NCBI RefSeq assembly: GCF_018350175.1 | Contig: NC_058368.1 | Coordinates: 187,118,001-187,182,000, forward strand | From: Felis catus | Taxonomy: Eukaryota | Direction: 5' to 3' | DNA: 64,000 bases | Shown: in pieces, positions 23,418 to 36,359 of the stretch | How the letters are laid out: each line of letters begins with the position of its first letter | Numbering within the stretch: the first letter of the stretch is position 1 | Program-made: the position numbers and the translations under genes | Notes under the pieces: generated by a model | Told to the model about the DNA's origin: nothing | The model's input: the letters and a program-made list of their open reading frames with translations, nothing else | The model's database searches: none

Positions 23418-26400
23418 TTTAATTATGAAAGCTTTGTAATTTGCTTTGAAATCAGGAAGTGTGTTGTCCCCAGCTTTGTTATTCTTGTTTAAGATTATTT
23501 TAGCTTCTTTGGGGCCTATTGTGATTCCATTAAAATTTTAAGAATTTGCCCTATTTCTGTGAAGAAAGCCACTGGAATTTTGATAGAGAGTGCATTGAAT
23601 CTATAGATAGCTTTAGATTATCTATAGATAATCTATAGCTATGGATGTGCCAACAATATTAATTCTTCCAGTCCATGAATGGAGGATATTTTTTCATTTA
23701 TTTGTTTCTCCTTCAATTTCTTTCATCAGTGTCTTACAGGTGTCAGTGTATAGATCTTTCACTTCCTTGGTTAAATTCATTCCTAAGTATTTTGCAATTT
23801 GATGCAATTGTAATGGGATTGTTTCCTTATTTTCTCTTTTTAATAGTTTATTGTTAGTGTGTATAATCACAACTGCCTTTTATAAATTGTGTCATCCTGT
23901 AACTTTACTGAATTTGTTTATAGTTCTAACAGTTTTTTAGTGGATTCTATGGGGTTTTCTACATATAAAATCAGGTCATCAGCAAATAGAATTTTACTTC
24001 TTTCCAATTTGGATGACTTTTGTTTCTTTTTCTCACCTAATTGTTCTGGCTATAATGTCTGATACAAGTTGAATAAAAGTGGTGGTAGTGGTGTCTTGCT
24101 CCTGACTGTAGAGGAAAAGCTGAAAGCTTTTAGAGTATTCACTTTTTCACTCTTGTGTATGACCTTAACTGTCAGCTTATTATGTAAAGCCTTGGTTAAG
24201 AATTATTATCATAAATGGATGTGGAATTTGTCAATCCTTCTTCTGCATCTAATGAAATGATCATGTGGTTTTTACCCTTTATTTTTTCATGTGGTGTATC
24301 ACATTGGCTGATTTTTGTCGATGTTAAGCCATCTTTGCATCCCTGGAATAAATCCCACTTAATCACAGTGTTAGGATCCTTTTCATGTGCTGTCAAATTT
24401 AGTTTGCTAGTATTTTTTGAGAATATTTGCATTTATGTTCATCAAGGATATTGCCCCCTGTAATTTCATTTTCTTGTAGTGTCCTTGCCCGGTTTGGGGT
24501 CAGAGTAATGTTGACATTGTAAAATGAATTTGAAAGAGTTCCCTTTTCTTCTAAGTTTTGGGAGAGTTTGAGAAGGAGTACTATTCTTTAAATGTTTGGA
24601 AGGTGTCACCAAAAAAAAAGCCATCTGGTCCTGGACTTTCATTTGTTGGTAGTTTTCTTGGGTGTTTGTTTGTTTGTTTTTCATTAGTGATTTAATCTCC
24701 TCACTCTTAAACAATCGATTCAGATTTTCCATTTCTTCAGGATTCAGCCTTGGTAGGAATTTATTTCTTCTAGGTTGTCCAATTTGTTGGTGTATAACTT
24801 TTCATGGTAGTCTCTTATAATCATTTACATTTGTGTGACCTCAGTTGTAATGTCTCCTATGTCATTAGTTTTTTGAGTCCTCAATCTTTTTTTTTTTTTT
24901 TTTGGTAAGAGAAAAGGTTTAATTTTGTTTATCTTTTCAAAAAATCAGCTTTTACTGTCATGTAGTGATTGTTTTGCCTTTTGTAGTCTTTGGCCAAAAG
25001 TATATTTTGCCTGATATAATTACACATACTTGTGATTTCTTTTTGTTTCCATTACATTCAATATTTTTTTTTCTATTTCTTCACTTTAACTCTGTGTGTA
25101 TCCTTAAAACAGAGGTGAGTCTCTCATAGTCACATATAGATGGGTCTTGATTTTTTTTTTTAATCAATTCAACCACCATGTCTTTTGATTGGAGAATTTA
25201 GTCCATTTACTTTTAAAGTAATAAGTATGGACTTACTGTTAACATTTTGTTAACTGCTTTCTGGCATTTTTGTAATTCTTCATTCTTTTATACTCTCCTT
25301 CAATACTTGATAACTTTCTGTAATAACATACTTAGATTCCTTTTTCTTCTTTCTCTTTTATCTACTATAGATTTTTGCTTTGATTACCATGAGGCTGACA
25401 TAAAACATCTTCTATGTATAACAGTCTATTTTAAGCTGATAACAACTTAACTTCAAATGTAGAATAAAGCTTTACAATTATACTCTCCTCCATACATTTT
25501 GATGTCACTATCTACATCTTTTCATCTTGTGTGTTCATTGACAATTTATTCTAGTTATAGTTGTTTTAATAATTGTTTTCATTTAACCTTCCTACTAAAA
25601 TTATAAGTGATTTACCCACCACCATTACAACATTGGAGTATTCTGAATTTTACTATATACTTACCTTTACCAATGAAATTTATACTTTTATATATTTTCC
25701 TGTTACTAGTTACCATCCTTTTATTCCAGCTTAAAAAGTTTCATTTAAAAATTTTGTAAGGGCATTCTAGTGGTAATGAACTCCTTCAGCTTTTGCTTTT
25801 CTGGAAAATTCTTTATGTCTCCTTCCATTATGGGGAAAACTTCCAGGGACAGTATTTTTGGCTGGCAATTTTTTTTCCTTTCAGCAGTTTGAATATATCA
25901 TGCCACTCCCTTCTGGCCTGCAAAGTTTCTGCTGAAAAATCTGCTGACAGTCTTATGAGGGTTCTCTTGCATGTAAGAATTACTTTTTTTAATCTTGTTG
26001 TCTTTAACTTGGCAATTTAATTATAATGTGTCTCACTGTGGGTCTCCTTAGATTCATTTCATTTGGAATTCCGTGGACTTCTCAGATTTGGATGTCTGTT
26101 TCTTTACCCAATTTAGGGAAGTTTTCAGCCACTATTTCTTTGCATAAGTTTCTGCCTCCCCGCTCTTTTCCTTCTGGGACCCCCTATAATGTCTACATTA
26201 GCTGCTTGATGATTTCCCATAAGTCCCTTTGTTATCTGCCTTCTTTATTCATTTTTTCTTTTTGCTGCTCTGATTGGATGAAGTACACTGCTCTGTTGTT
26301 CAGTTAGCCAATTCTATTCTGCTATTGAAACTTTCTCTTGCATTTTTCAGTTAAGTTGTTGTATTATTCAGCTCTGTGATTTCTGTTTGACACTCTTAGA

Positions 26401-26829
26401 TTTTATATTTCTTTGTTGAAATTCTCATTTTTTTTAATGCATTGTTTCTTGACCTCAGCATTTTTATGACCATTATTTTGAACTCTTTATCAGGTAAATC
26501 ACTTATCTCAATTTTATTAAAATCTGTTTCTGGAGTTTTATCTTGTTTTTGTTTGTTTGTTTGGAACATATGCCTCTGTTTCTTCACTTTTCTTGACTGT
26601 GTTTGTTTCTGCACATTAGATAAAGCAACCACCTCTCCCAGTCTTGACAGAGCAGCATCCTATAGCAGATAATCAGCATTCAGCCCAGCCAGTGTTTCTG
26701 GTTGTCTCTCAAATCTTTGTGGTTGTTCATGCCACATTGTTTGTTCTTTGTGGCTCCCAGTAGTTGAGCGTGTGCCAAGACCTATCTGTGCCCCAAAGGG
26801 AGAATTACAATCTGCATTGAGATGCAGGA

Positions 26830-28080
26830 TGATTGAAAGCCAGACCCTCATGCAGCAGTATGTGTGAAAAAGTATGTATTTAGAGCCCTTTTGAGGAGGA
26901 ACTGGGATATAGGCTTTTTTGCCTGCTCTCTCTGTGTTGGTTCTGAGCATATACCCATCAGGGCTGCTCCTGAACCTGTTAATAACTGCTTCTTTATTTT
27001 CTAAAATTCTGTAGATTTTGCTAATGCAAGCCCCTTTGGTTATTAGAGCCAGATGATCCTAAGTTCATCCCTTGGGTAGCACCACAAAATCTGGGGCACC
27101 AGATGAATGTACATGCTCCATCCAGGGTGTTACTGGTAACTGGAAAATGTCAGTAAGGGTATCCTTGAACTTTCTTGTCATTGATAGAAGATAACAGTCA
27201 GCTCCTAGATGTATGTTGAATTAGAAGCCTGATGTTCAGAAAGCATCTTTTAAAGTATACAAATAAGGCTTTTTCAGGGTAAGTCTGAGACATAGGTGAT
27301 TCTGACTTTACTCTCTGCCCTGAGTCCTGGGAGGATATCCTGGTAAGCATGGTTTCCTTGTTTGCTATAGTCTTGTGGAACTCATGAATGCAGGCCCCAT
27401 TAGCTATCAGAGCCAGACAATCTAGGAGTATATACGTTGGGTAACAGCCACAATAGCTGGGGCACCAGATGTGTGTAGAAGCTCATTCTAGGAAGATACT
27501 GGAAAATTGGAGTGGGCTGAAGTGAGGAGGTGAAGATGGCATCTGCTAGCTGCCCCAGTCTCCAAGGGGATCATAATCAACCCTTAAATGCATGTTAAAT
27601 TAGAAGCCTGACCCTTAGGGTGCCTGGGTATCTGACTCTTGATTTTGGCTCAGGTCATGATCTCATGGTTCATGGGATCAAGCCCCACATGAGGTTCCAC
27701 ACTGTTAGCATCGATCCTGCTTGGGATTCTCTCTCTGCCTCACTCTCTGCCCCTCCCCTGCTTGTTCATTCCCCTGTCCCCCCCCTCAAAATAAATAAAA
27801 TGTTAAAAAAATAGAAGGCTGACCTCCAAGCAGCAGCATAAAAGTATGCAAATAGGTCTCTTCCAAGGAGAGACTGAGAGATGAGAGTTTTTTCCTGTTC
27901 CCTGTCTACTGAGCCTTGGCAGATAGCTCCACTGAGTCTACACAAGCCCCTTATGAACTATTTGTTTGCTATAGTCTTGTGTGTCTTGTGGACACTAGCC
28001 CTTTAGCTTTCAGAGCTAGGTGTTTTGGGGGCCCATCCCAAGTGGGATTCTTAAAAGTTGGGGCACTAAATATGGTGTTC
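26830..28080 (-). repeat. About three diverged ~380-bp tandem monomers in the L1 5' UTR
   Basis: Recurrent AAGCC(A/T)GA...AAAGTAT at ~26837, ~27225, ~27604; recurrent TGGGGCAC and TTGTTTGCTATAGTCTTGTG. Confidence 0.75.
27618..27811 (+). mobile_element. Carnivore SINE lacking the A-box segment, nested in the L1 5' UTR
   Basis: GGGTGCCTGGGT joined directly to ATCTGACTCTT; TSD TAGAAG(C/G)CTGACC at 27601-27613 and 27812-27824. Confidence 0.88.
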
Positions 28081-28369
28081 AAACCTTTTGCTCCTCAGGG
28101 AGAGGTTGGGACTTTCCTCTCAATTATATAGTACCATGCCAGAGATCAGATTTATGTCAAGCCTGTGTTTGTCCTTCCCAGCCATTTTGATATGGGTGAA
28201 ATAGCTATTTTTTCTTCTTTACCTTGATGTATAGGAGCTGCTCAGCTACTTTATAGATTGCTTCCACAGGGAATTGCTCCATAAGTAGCTGTAGATTCAG
28301 TAGTTTATGGAAAGAGAAGAGTTCACAAGGTTTCTATGTGACAAACTTGGACCAGACTTCCAATAATAG

Positions 28370-30235
28370 TGTTTTCTTTCTTTCTCTCATTTCATATAAG
28401 GTGTCTATCTGGTTTGAATATCAAGGCAGTGCTAGCCATATAAAGTAAATTGGGAATTGTTTCCTATTTTTCTACATTTTGGAACACTTTGAATAAAATC
28501 AGTGCTATTTATTCCTTAAATTTTAGAAGAAATCAGCAGTAAAGCTACATGGTCCTCAAATTTTCTTGTGGGAATGTTTTAAATAATGAATTCAATTGTT
28601 TAATAGATATAGGGCTATTCACATTTCCTTCTGTTTCTTATATCAATTATAGGTTTTATTTTATAGGAGTGTGTCCACATCATCTAAATTTTTAATTTTA
28701 TTGATATAAAGTTGCTCATAATATCTTTGAATAGTATTTTCTTGTCAGATGCATCTTTAATAATATTCCTTTAATTCTCTTCATGTTATTGGTTATTTGT
28801 GTCTTCTCTTTTTCTTGATGAGTCTTTCTAGGGGGTTATTGCTTTTTGTAGTTTTTTCTTAGTTGTAACTTTTGAATTTTTAAAATTCTGTAAATTTTTT
28901 AAGTTTATTAACTTTGTTCCATTTACATTTTTTGAGTTACATTGCTTTTCTCCCCTTTATCTCTTTGTGAAAGACATTTAGATAGTTGTTTTTAGCTTTT
29001 TTTCCTAATATATTCATCTGTGTTCATAATTTCCCTCTAAGCATGGATTTAGCTACATCTACAAATTTTGATATGCTATATTCATTATTCAGTTCAGAAT
29101 GTTTTCTAAACCTCCATTATGATTTCTTCTTTGTCCCATCGGCTATTTATCAGTTTATTGCTTAGTTTTCAGCTTGGGAGAAAGTATTTTATAGTCATAT
29201 TTCTGTTACTTCTTTCTAGCTTATATCCATTGAGGTCTGAGAACATCCTCTCTCTGATTTTTATCCTTTTAAATTTGTTGAGACTTGCTTCACGGCCAGT
29301 ATGGGGTTCATTTTGGTAAAATGTTTTGCATGCACTTGAAATTCTATATTGGACTAAGAGTATATGATCAAATACTCTGTTCATAAATTCATTAGAATAG
29401 TTCTGTTCCCTTTTAGTGTGATTATATTATTTATTATGAATGTAGTTCATTTGTTTATAATTTGCTTTCAGTTTTAACTTTTCCTATTTTTGAGTATACT
29501 CAGAAAAGTATCACTGCCTCCTGCATTTCTTCTGTTCCCTTTCCCCTACACCATGTAGGTAACCAACATTATCGTTTCCTGATTTATTCTTTTTGTGTGT
29601 TTTTTAAGATAAGTAGGTATACATATGTTCTCTTATTTCTTTTATACAGTATTGCCTTTAAGCTCTTTTGCAACTTCCCTTTCTCACTTAACAATACCTC
29701 CCAAATATCACATCAGTTCATAGATATTTTTCTCATTCTTTGTTTACAGCTGTATAATAGTCCATTGAATATAAGGGTCATAATCTAATTTCCTATAAGT
29801 ACAGGGCATTTAAATAGTTTCCTAAAAATAATACTGAAAGTAGTAGCTCTTTGTGTATATATTTTTTTGTACTGTTGGTAGTGTATCTTCGGGGTACATT
29901 CCTATAAGTGATAACTGCAGAGTTGAAGGGTAGATTTTTTATTAACTGGTACCAAATTCCCCTCCATAGGATTTGCATTTCTACCTTTTTTTCATTTCTA
30001 TTAGAAATGTATGAGAGTACTTGATTTTCCACAGCCATGGGAACAAAAAGTATTTTTAAGTTTTTGAATTTTTGCCAATCTGATGAATGAGATATAGTAT
30101 CTCAATAAATTTTTAATTGCATTTGTCTTAATATAAATTAAGTTGAATATCTTAAGTTCAAGGCTCATGTTTATATCTTCTTCTAAATTAAATCTTCATG
30201 TCTTCATCCTGTTTTTCCGGAGTATTTATAATATT
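28370..30235 (-). mobile_element. Older L1M fragments (ORF2 part and 3' region)
   Basis: SLNKFKRIKIRERMFSDLNGYKLE (29169-29384) resembles L1 ORF2; T-rich L1-like composition. Confidence 0.65.
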
Positions 30236-30246
30236 TTTATAATTTT

Positions 30247-30444
30247 TTTAATGTTTGTTTATTTTTGAGACAGAGAGAGAGTGCAAGCAGGGGAAGGCAG
30301 AGAGAGAGGGAGACACAGAATCTGAAGCAGGCTTCAGGCTCTGAGCTGTCTCAGAGGCCCACATGGGGCTTGAACTCACAAACAGTGAGATCATGACCTG
30401 AGCCAAAGTCGGACACTTAAACGAATGAGCCACCCAGGTGCCCC
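30247..30444 (-). mobile_element. Feline SINE
   Basis: ...GAGCCACCCAGGTGCCCC; TSD TATAATTTT. Confidence 0.92.
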
Positions 30445-30454
30445 TATAATTTTC

Positions 30455-32135
30455 TTTTTTTTTTAACTGAAATATAGTTGACATAAATTATTAAATTACT
30501 TCAATTATGGGAGATAGTGATTTAACATTTATGTATACATTACAAAATTATTACCATAGTAAGTCTAGTTACCATTAGCCACCATATATAGTTATTACAA
30601 TATTATTAACTGTATTCCCTATGCTGTACTTTACATCTCTGTGACTTAACTCATTTTATAACTAGAAGTTTGTATCTTTTAATCCCCTTCACCCAGTTCA
30701 CCCTTCCCCCATAGCTTCATCCTCTCTGGCAACCTCCAGTTTCCTCTCTGTATTTGTGAATCTGTTTCTATTTTGCTTTGTTTGTTCATTATTTTGTTTA
30801 TTAGATTCCACATATAAATGAGATCACATGGTATTTTTCTTTCTCTGGCTTACTTTGCTTAGCGTAATACCCTCTAGGTCCATCCATTTCAATAAAAAGA
30901 TTTCAGTCTTTTATGGCTGAGTAATAGTCTCTTGTATATGTATATACAACGTCTTTATCCATTCATCTATTGATAAAAACTGAGTTTGCCTTCAGATCTT
31001 AGCTATGGTAAATAATGGTGCAATAAACATAGGGTGCATATGTGTTTTCAAATTAGTGTTTTAATTTTCCTTGGGTAAATACCCAGTGGTGGAATTATTG
31101 AATCATATGGTATTTCTTTTTTGAGGAAATGTCATACTGTTTTCCACAGAGGCTGCACCAATATACATTCCAACCAAAAATCCATGAGAATTTCTTTTTC
31201 TCCACATCCTAAGCAAGAATTGTTATTTCTTATCTTCTTGATACAAGCCATTCTGACCGATGAAAAGTAGTAATTCACTGTAATTTTGATTTGCATTTCC
31301 CTAATGATTAGTGATGCTTAGTAGCTTTTTATTTACCTGCTGGCCATCTGTGTGTTTTCTTTGGAAAAATGTCTACCAAGGTCCTCCACCCATTTAATAA
31401 TCAACTTTTTATTTTTTATTTATTTTTTAAATTTTTTTAGTGTTTATTTTTGAGAGACAGACAGAGAGAGACAGAGCACAACAGGTGGAGGGGCAGAGAG
31501 AGAAGGAGTCACAGAGTCTGAAGCAGGCTCCAGGCTCTGAGCTATCAACACAGAGCCTAACGTGGGGCTTGAACTCAGGGAGTGTAAGATCATGACCTGA
31601 GCTGAAGTCAGATGCTTAACCAACTGAGTCACCCAGGCACCCCAATAATCAATTTTTTAGAGGGGGGAGTTGAGTTATAGGAGTTCTTTATATATTGTAG
31701 ATATTAACCCCTCATAAGATATATAATTTTCAAATACCTTCTCCCATTCAATAGCTTGCTTTTTTGTTTTGTTGACAGTTTCCTTCACTGTGCAAAAGCT
31801 TTTTAATTTGATGTGGTCCAATAGTTTGTCTGCTTTTGTTCCCCTTGCCTTATGAGACCTAACTAGAAAAATGTTGCTATAGCCAATGTCAAAGAAATTA
31901 CTGCCTATGTTCTCTTCTAAGAGTTTTACAATTTCAGGTCTCAAATTTAGATCATTCATTTTGTGTTTATTCTAGCATTTGGTATTGGAAAGTGGTCTAG
32001 TCTTATTCTTTTGCCATATAATTGTCCAGTTCTCCCAGCACCATTTATTGAAGAGACTGTCCTTTCCTCATTGCATATTCTTGCCTCCTTTGTCATAGAT
32101 TAATTGACCACATAAACCATCTATGTCTTGTCTTG
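30455..32135 (-). mobile_element. 5'-truncated carnivore LINE-1 3' end with nested SINE
   Basis: Poly-T start; DLNLRPEIVKLLEENIG...[15 protein letters not shown]...EWEKVF (31675-31959) is L1 ORF2 C-terminal sequence. Confidence 0.9.
31411..31643 (-). mobile_element. Feline SINE nested in L1
   Basis: TSD AATAATCAA(C/T)TTTTT at 31396-31410 and 31644-31658. Confidence 0.93.
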
Positions 32136-33013
32136 ATAGTATATATGGGCATATTTTCTTATGTTCCCTAGACCATTCTAACAGGAATATAGGATAAGTG
32201 TCCATTTGTACCCACAAGTAAAACTGTACCATATGAGAACCCCCAGACTGGAAGTCTAGCACCAGCTGTCCCATGCAGTTTTCCAACTTCATGCTACATA
32301 AATCAGAGAAGAGAGTCATCATGAATTGATGAGGTATAGCATAGTAACCTGGGGCTTTAAAATTTGTGCCAGATGAGGAAGCAATTGGAATAGACTTGTA
32401 AGTACTAACTTAATCTTGTAGTTTTGGCAAAAGTTTATTAGTGAGAGATAGCCCAATCCCAAATGGTGCCTACAATCTGTGGCTCAATTGTAGAATTCTG
32501 GTGTGAAAGAATTGGGTTCTGATAACTTTGTTCAAACTTCTATGAGATAATGAATACCTTTATAAACAGAAATGGTTATTATATCCTGGTTAGCTAATGA
32601 TAAGTACAGGAATATCTCCAGGGCAAGAATGGGATGGAGAATGGATCCTGAGGAAATAATTCTAAAAACAGTTCTGCAGGGCTAAGAGATAAACCAGATG
32701 GTATATATTTGAAAAATGGGGGAAAACAAATTATAGCTATTTACATTTCTACTCTGAAAGCAATGCCTGTATTTTCTGCAGTATAGCTTCTTTGTTAAGG
32801 ACTATTAACTTGAGAGGGGAGAACTACCACCAAATGATATTTTAATGGCCAGAATAAAAAAATGTGTTACTTTTGCTGTGATTTCATGGAAAAAAAATAT
32901 CTTGGTAAGAAACATTTATCATATTTTATAAGCTCTGTTGGGTCTTTATCATGAAATAAAAGACTAAAATTTTAGGAAGAGAAACACTAACATGGCTTTC
33001 CCTTTTGGAAACT

Positions 33014-33115
33014 ATTCAACTCAACAAATGTTCAATAAGCTTTTGCTATATCCATGGCACTGTACAAAGGTACTAAGGGAATATAAAGAGGGATAAAATA
33101 TATCCCTTGACCTCA
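33014..33115 (-). mobile_element. L2 3'-end relic
   Basis: ATTCAACTCAACAAATGTTCAATAAGC...GGCACTGTAC resembles the L2 tail in reverse. Confidence 0.5.
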
Positions 33116-36100
33116 AATAATTTTTAAATTTTTATGAAGAATATTCCAGTAATTAAAACTTCTGTTTTATATAGAGATAACAACTATATATAAATAACCC
33201 ACCTCACCTACATTTATAGTACCTAATATCTTTTATCTCTGCTTTAAATGGACCTTTCTAGTTGAAAAAAGAAAATCCCACAAAACTCTTTCTTAGAACA
33301 GCTAAACAACTTGCAACATTAGACAAATGTAATCAGCATTGATGAGAAAAGATGATGGACTGACTGATGAGGTGGAAAGACTTTTGATTGCCTGGAAATA
33401 AGATAGTGAATCCATATGCCTAGAAGCCAAACAGTGATTTTTCCATAGGGTTGTTGTACTGGAAACCTCTTAAGAAAAAGAAAAGTGAGACATTAAAGGA
33501 AGACACATGCAGCTTTGGCCAGGAGATATTTGATAACCCCAGGATGAGAATATTGACATAACCTCATAGTTCAGGGTGAAGCTGCAAGGAATGATGGCAC
33601 TATGCAATACAAGAAGGAGGAGAAAATAGTGGACAGAGGTGGAATATGAAGGAAGAATCCTGGGAGGAGGTGGCATTTAATGTCAGCCTTGAAGGATATA
33701 GATGGGCCCAGTGCCTGAGAAAGAATTACTCATTCAGAGGAATCACAGTGACCAAACATATGAAACCTTGAATTTTCTAGGAATTTTGTTGGGGGAAAAA
33801 ATAATTTTTATATTCAGTACAGAAAAGCTGAGTAAACAAAAATAGTTTGCAATTAGTCCACAGAGGGTGTTCATTTGGACTTTATTTAGTAAGCAACGGA
33901 GAATAATGCATTGAGATCAGGGCTTTAGAAAGGTAACAATGGAGGAGCAATGTAAAGGTAAATAGAGTACTTATGACAGTAGTGCAGACAGAGAATAGAA
34001 GCACAAGGACTCCATCTCATTTTGTCTTTTACAAATAACTAGAACATTATTGAGCACATGGCAGGCATTCCACAAATATTTTATTCACTCAGCACTTGAC
34101 TATAGCATGTCTATCACATATACACATCTGTGGAAGCTAGAGAAATGAAGAAATGTTCCATTGTTCACAAGATACTTTGAGGGTCATCCAAGGTTCAGAT
34201 GTCCAACTATTTTAGAAATGTTCACATTCCACACTCAAGGATGTCAGTAGTCAGGACCAAACATTAAGAATAAGCTATACACTCCCCGCCCCTCCAAAAA
34301 AAGAATAAGCCATACAAACGATTATAAATTGCATGAAACAAGCAAACAAACTTAACTCTCTTACTTCTCCATATGGCCTTTTTATTTCCACTGAAACTGA
34401 AATTCTATCTAAGCAACCAAAAATGGAAAATACCAGATTTGACTACAGGGGGCAATCAGAAACCCTATGGAGGACTCGTATATTTCCAATGCATGAAGAA
34501 AAATCCCCACCTAGAAGGCAAATATCCTAAGCCAATGTCCAATTTTTTTTAGACATTATTCAAACATATAGCATAGGCAAATAGCTATTTGGAATCAGGA
34601 AGAGGAAAATACATTTTATTTGAAAATGGCGTGGTGATATTTATCTTCACAATGCTTTATATGCCCCATGCTTGTCTTCATTCTTAACCTCTGAGGAGAG
34701 AAATAAACTGGATTCAAGCCAGTGGATCAAGATCCAAATGTGGCACATAAGCTTATTCCTGATGGAGGTAGGAGGTCCCAAAGAACAGCATGTTCTGTAA
34801 AACCTTGGGCAGCAGAGAGAGATGACCATATGCTCCTCTTGCCATTTCTTCTTGTCATTTTATACTCCCCTTCCCCCTACAGGTGACTGATAAGCAAAAG
34901 CTTAACATTCCTTCCAACAAAAAACCACCACAAGCTATATATCTCAGCTTATTCTTCAGCAAGAACAGTCTATTTCTAAGCCAATGTTTGAAATTTGAAG
35001 TGACAGTTCAACCCAATAATTTTATCCCCCTCTATCTCATTCTTAAATTATTTTTTTTTGCCATATCTTAATCCACACTATAAGAAACAGAACTATCTTA
35101 TAATGAAAAAAAAATATCCTGAGGAATTATGTCTCCTTCAGCTCTACAACATTTCTTTTGGATATTCTCCCACTACGTGTTCAGAGGGACTTTGCAACTC
35201 ATCTGTATCTCAGTAATCTGTCATCTCAGTTTTCACTTCTTTAAAAACAAAAAACACTTGATTTTCAGTTTTTAGGAAACACACAATCTTATAAGGAACT
35301 TGGAAGTGGGAGTCTTGAATGAGGCAGGTACAAATTTCTGGTCAAGGGATGCATGAGATACATGCAGACCAACCTTGTTCTGGCCATTACTGTTACTGAG
35401 AAGGATTGAGGATGCATAGTCTTCCAGATTCTCAGTCCTCAAGGAAATATAGGAACATAATAACTAATTCATGAGTGAGCTAGAAAACATGTATAAAAGA
35501 TCTAAAATGTATATTACAAGAATCATGACTAAAGAGTTTCTCTGCTTGATGAGAACTTATAGGTGAGTGTCTGGAAGCATGTTTAAAGTTAGAATATGCA
35601 TCACTTACATCCCCTGATTATGGTTTTATCTCATTAAATTTTAAGCACCATTCACCCTATTGATACACCTCTCTATTTTTTCAGTTTTATCCATATTTTA
35701 ACTCTACCAATAGTATCTTACAAAGAATGTTGCTGTGAAAAGGCAACAACTTCCTGTAATGAATCAAATATATATTTTTAATTGATGAATCAAATACATA
35801 TTTTAATAATCAACATTTATTGGTTGCTGCCATATCCAGCCCAGGACTGAACTTGACCACCCTAGACAGAATGCCCATTACTCTATAACAGCATTATGCC
35901 CATAACTGCAAAAGAATCTGCTATAGCTCCTTGAAAAGACAGAAGTAAAAAGTGTCTTCCCAAAGAAAACAATGCTTCTCTCTCCTCTAGGGACAACTGT
36001 TTGTCCTGGACTCATACTGTTGGGATTGAAAAGTCTGCTTTCTACATACAGACTTTCAGAAGTACCATTGGTGTGGTCACCATTTTAATGTCTAAATGTC

Positions 36101-36359
36101 CATCTGAAGAACTTCATTGAATTATTGCTTCCATGTATGATAGAAACGTTATTGCCAGTAAACCTCAGGATGTGCATAGATCTATACCAAAGTTTTTCCA
36201 TAGAGTTGATATTTCCTTCTAAAGTATTTGAATTACACTTTAACCATTGTACATGTAAACATCTGGAATTTGTTTCTAACCTCATTTAAAATTCAATACA
36301 TATCTTCTCACTGTTAAAATATAAATGACACAAAATCACACAACATAAAAAATATGGTT

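Larger units (their letters stand above)
21700..28361 (-). mobile_element. Near-full-length decayed carnivore LINE-1 (5' UTR, ORF1, ORF2, 3' UTR) with internal deletions and two nested SINEs
   Basis: ORF-track remnants: ATWTELEGIMLTEI (ORF2 end, 22052-22261), KNHMIISLDAE (RT, 24196-24432), EISDLPDKEFKIMVIKML (ORF1 N-term, 26396-26632); 5'-end-like motif ending ~28361. Confidence 0.88.

Noticed and set aside
21700..28361. Potentially active full-length L1
   Set aside because: ORF1 and ORF2 are fragmented with large deletions, stops and nested SINEs
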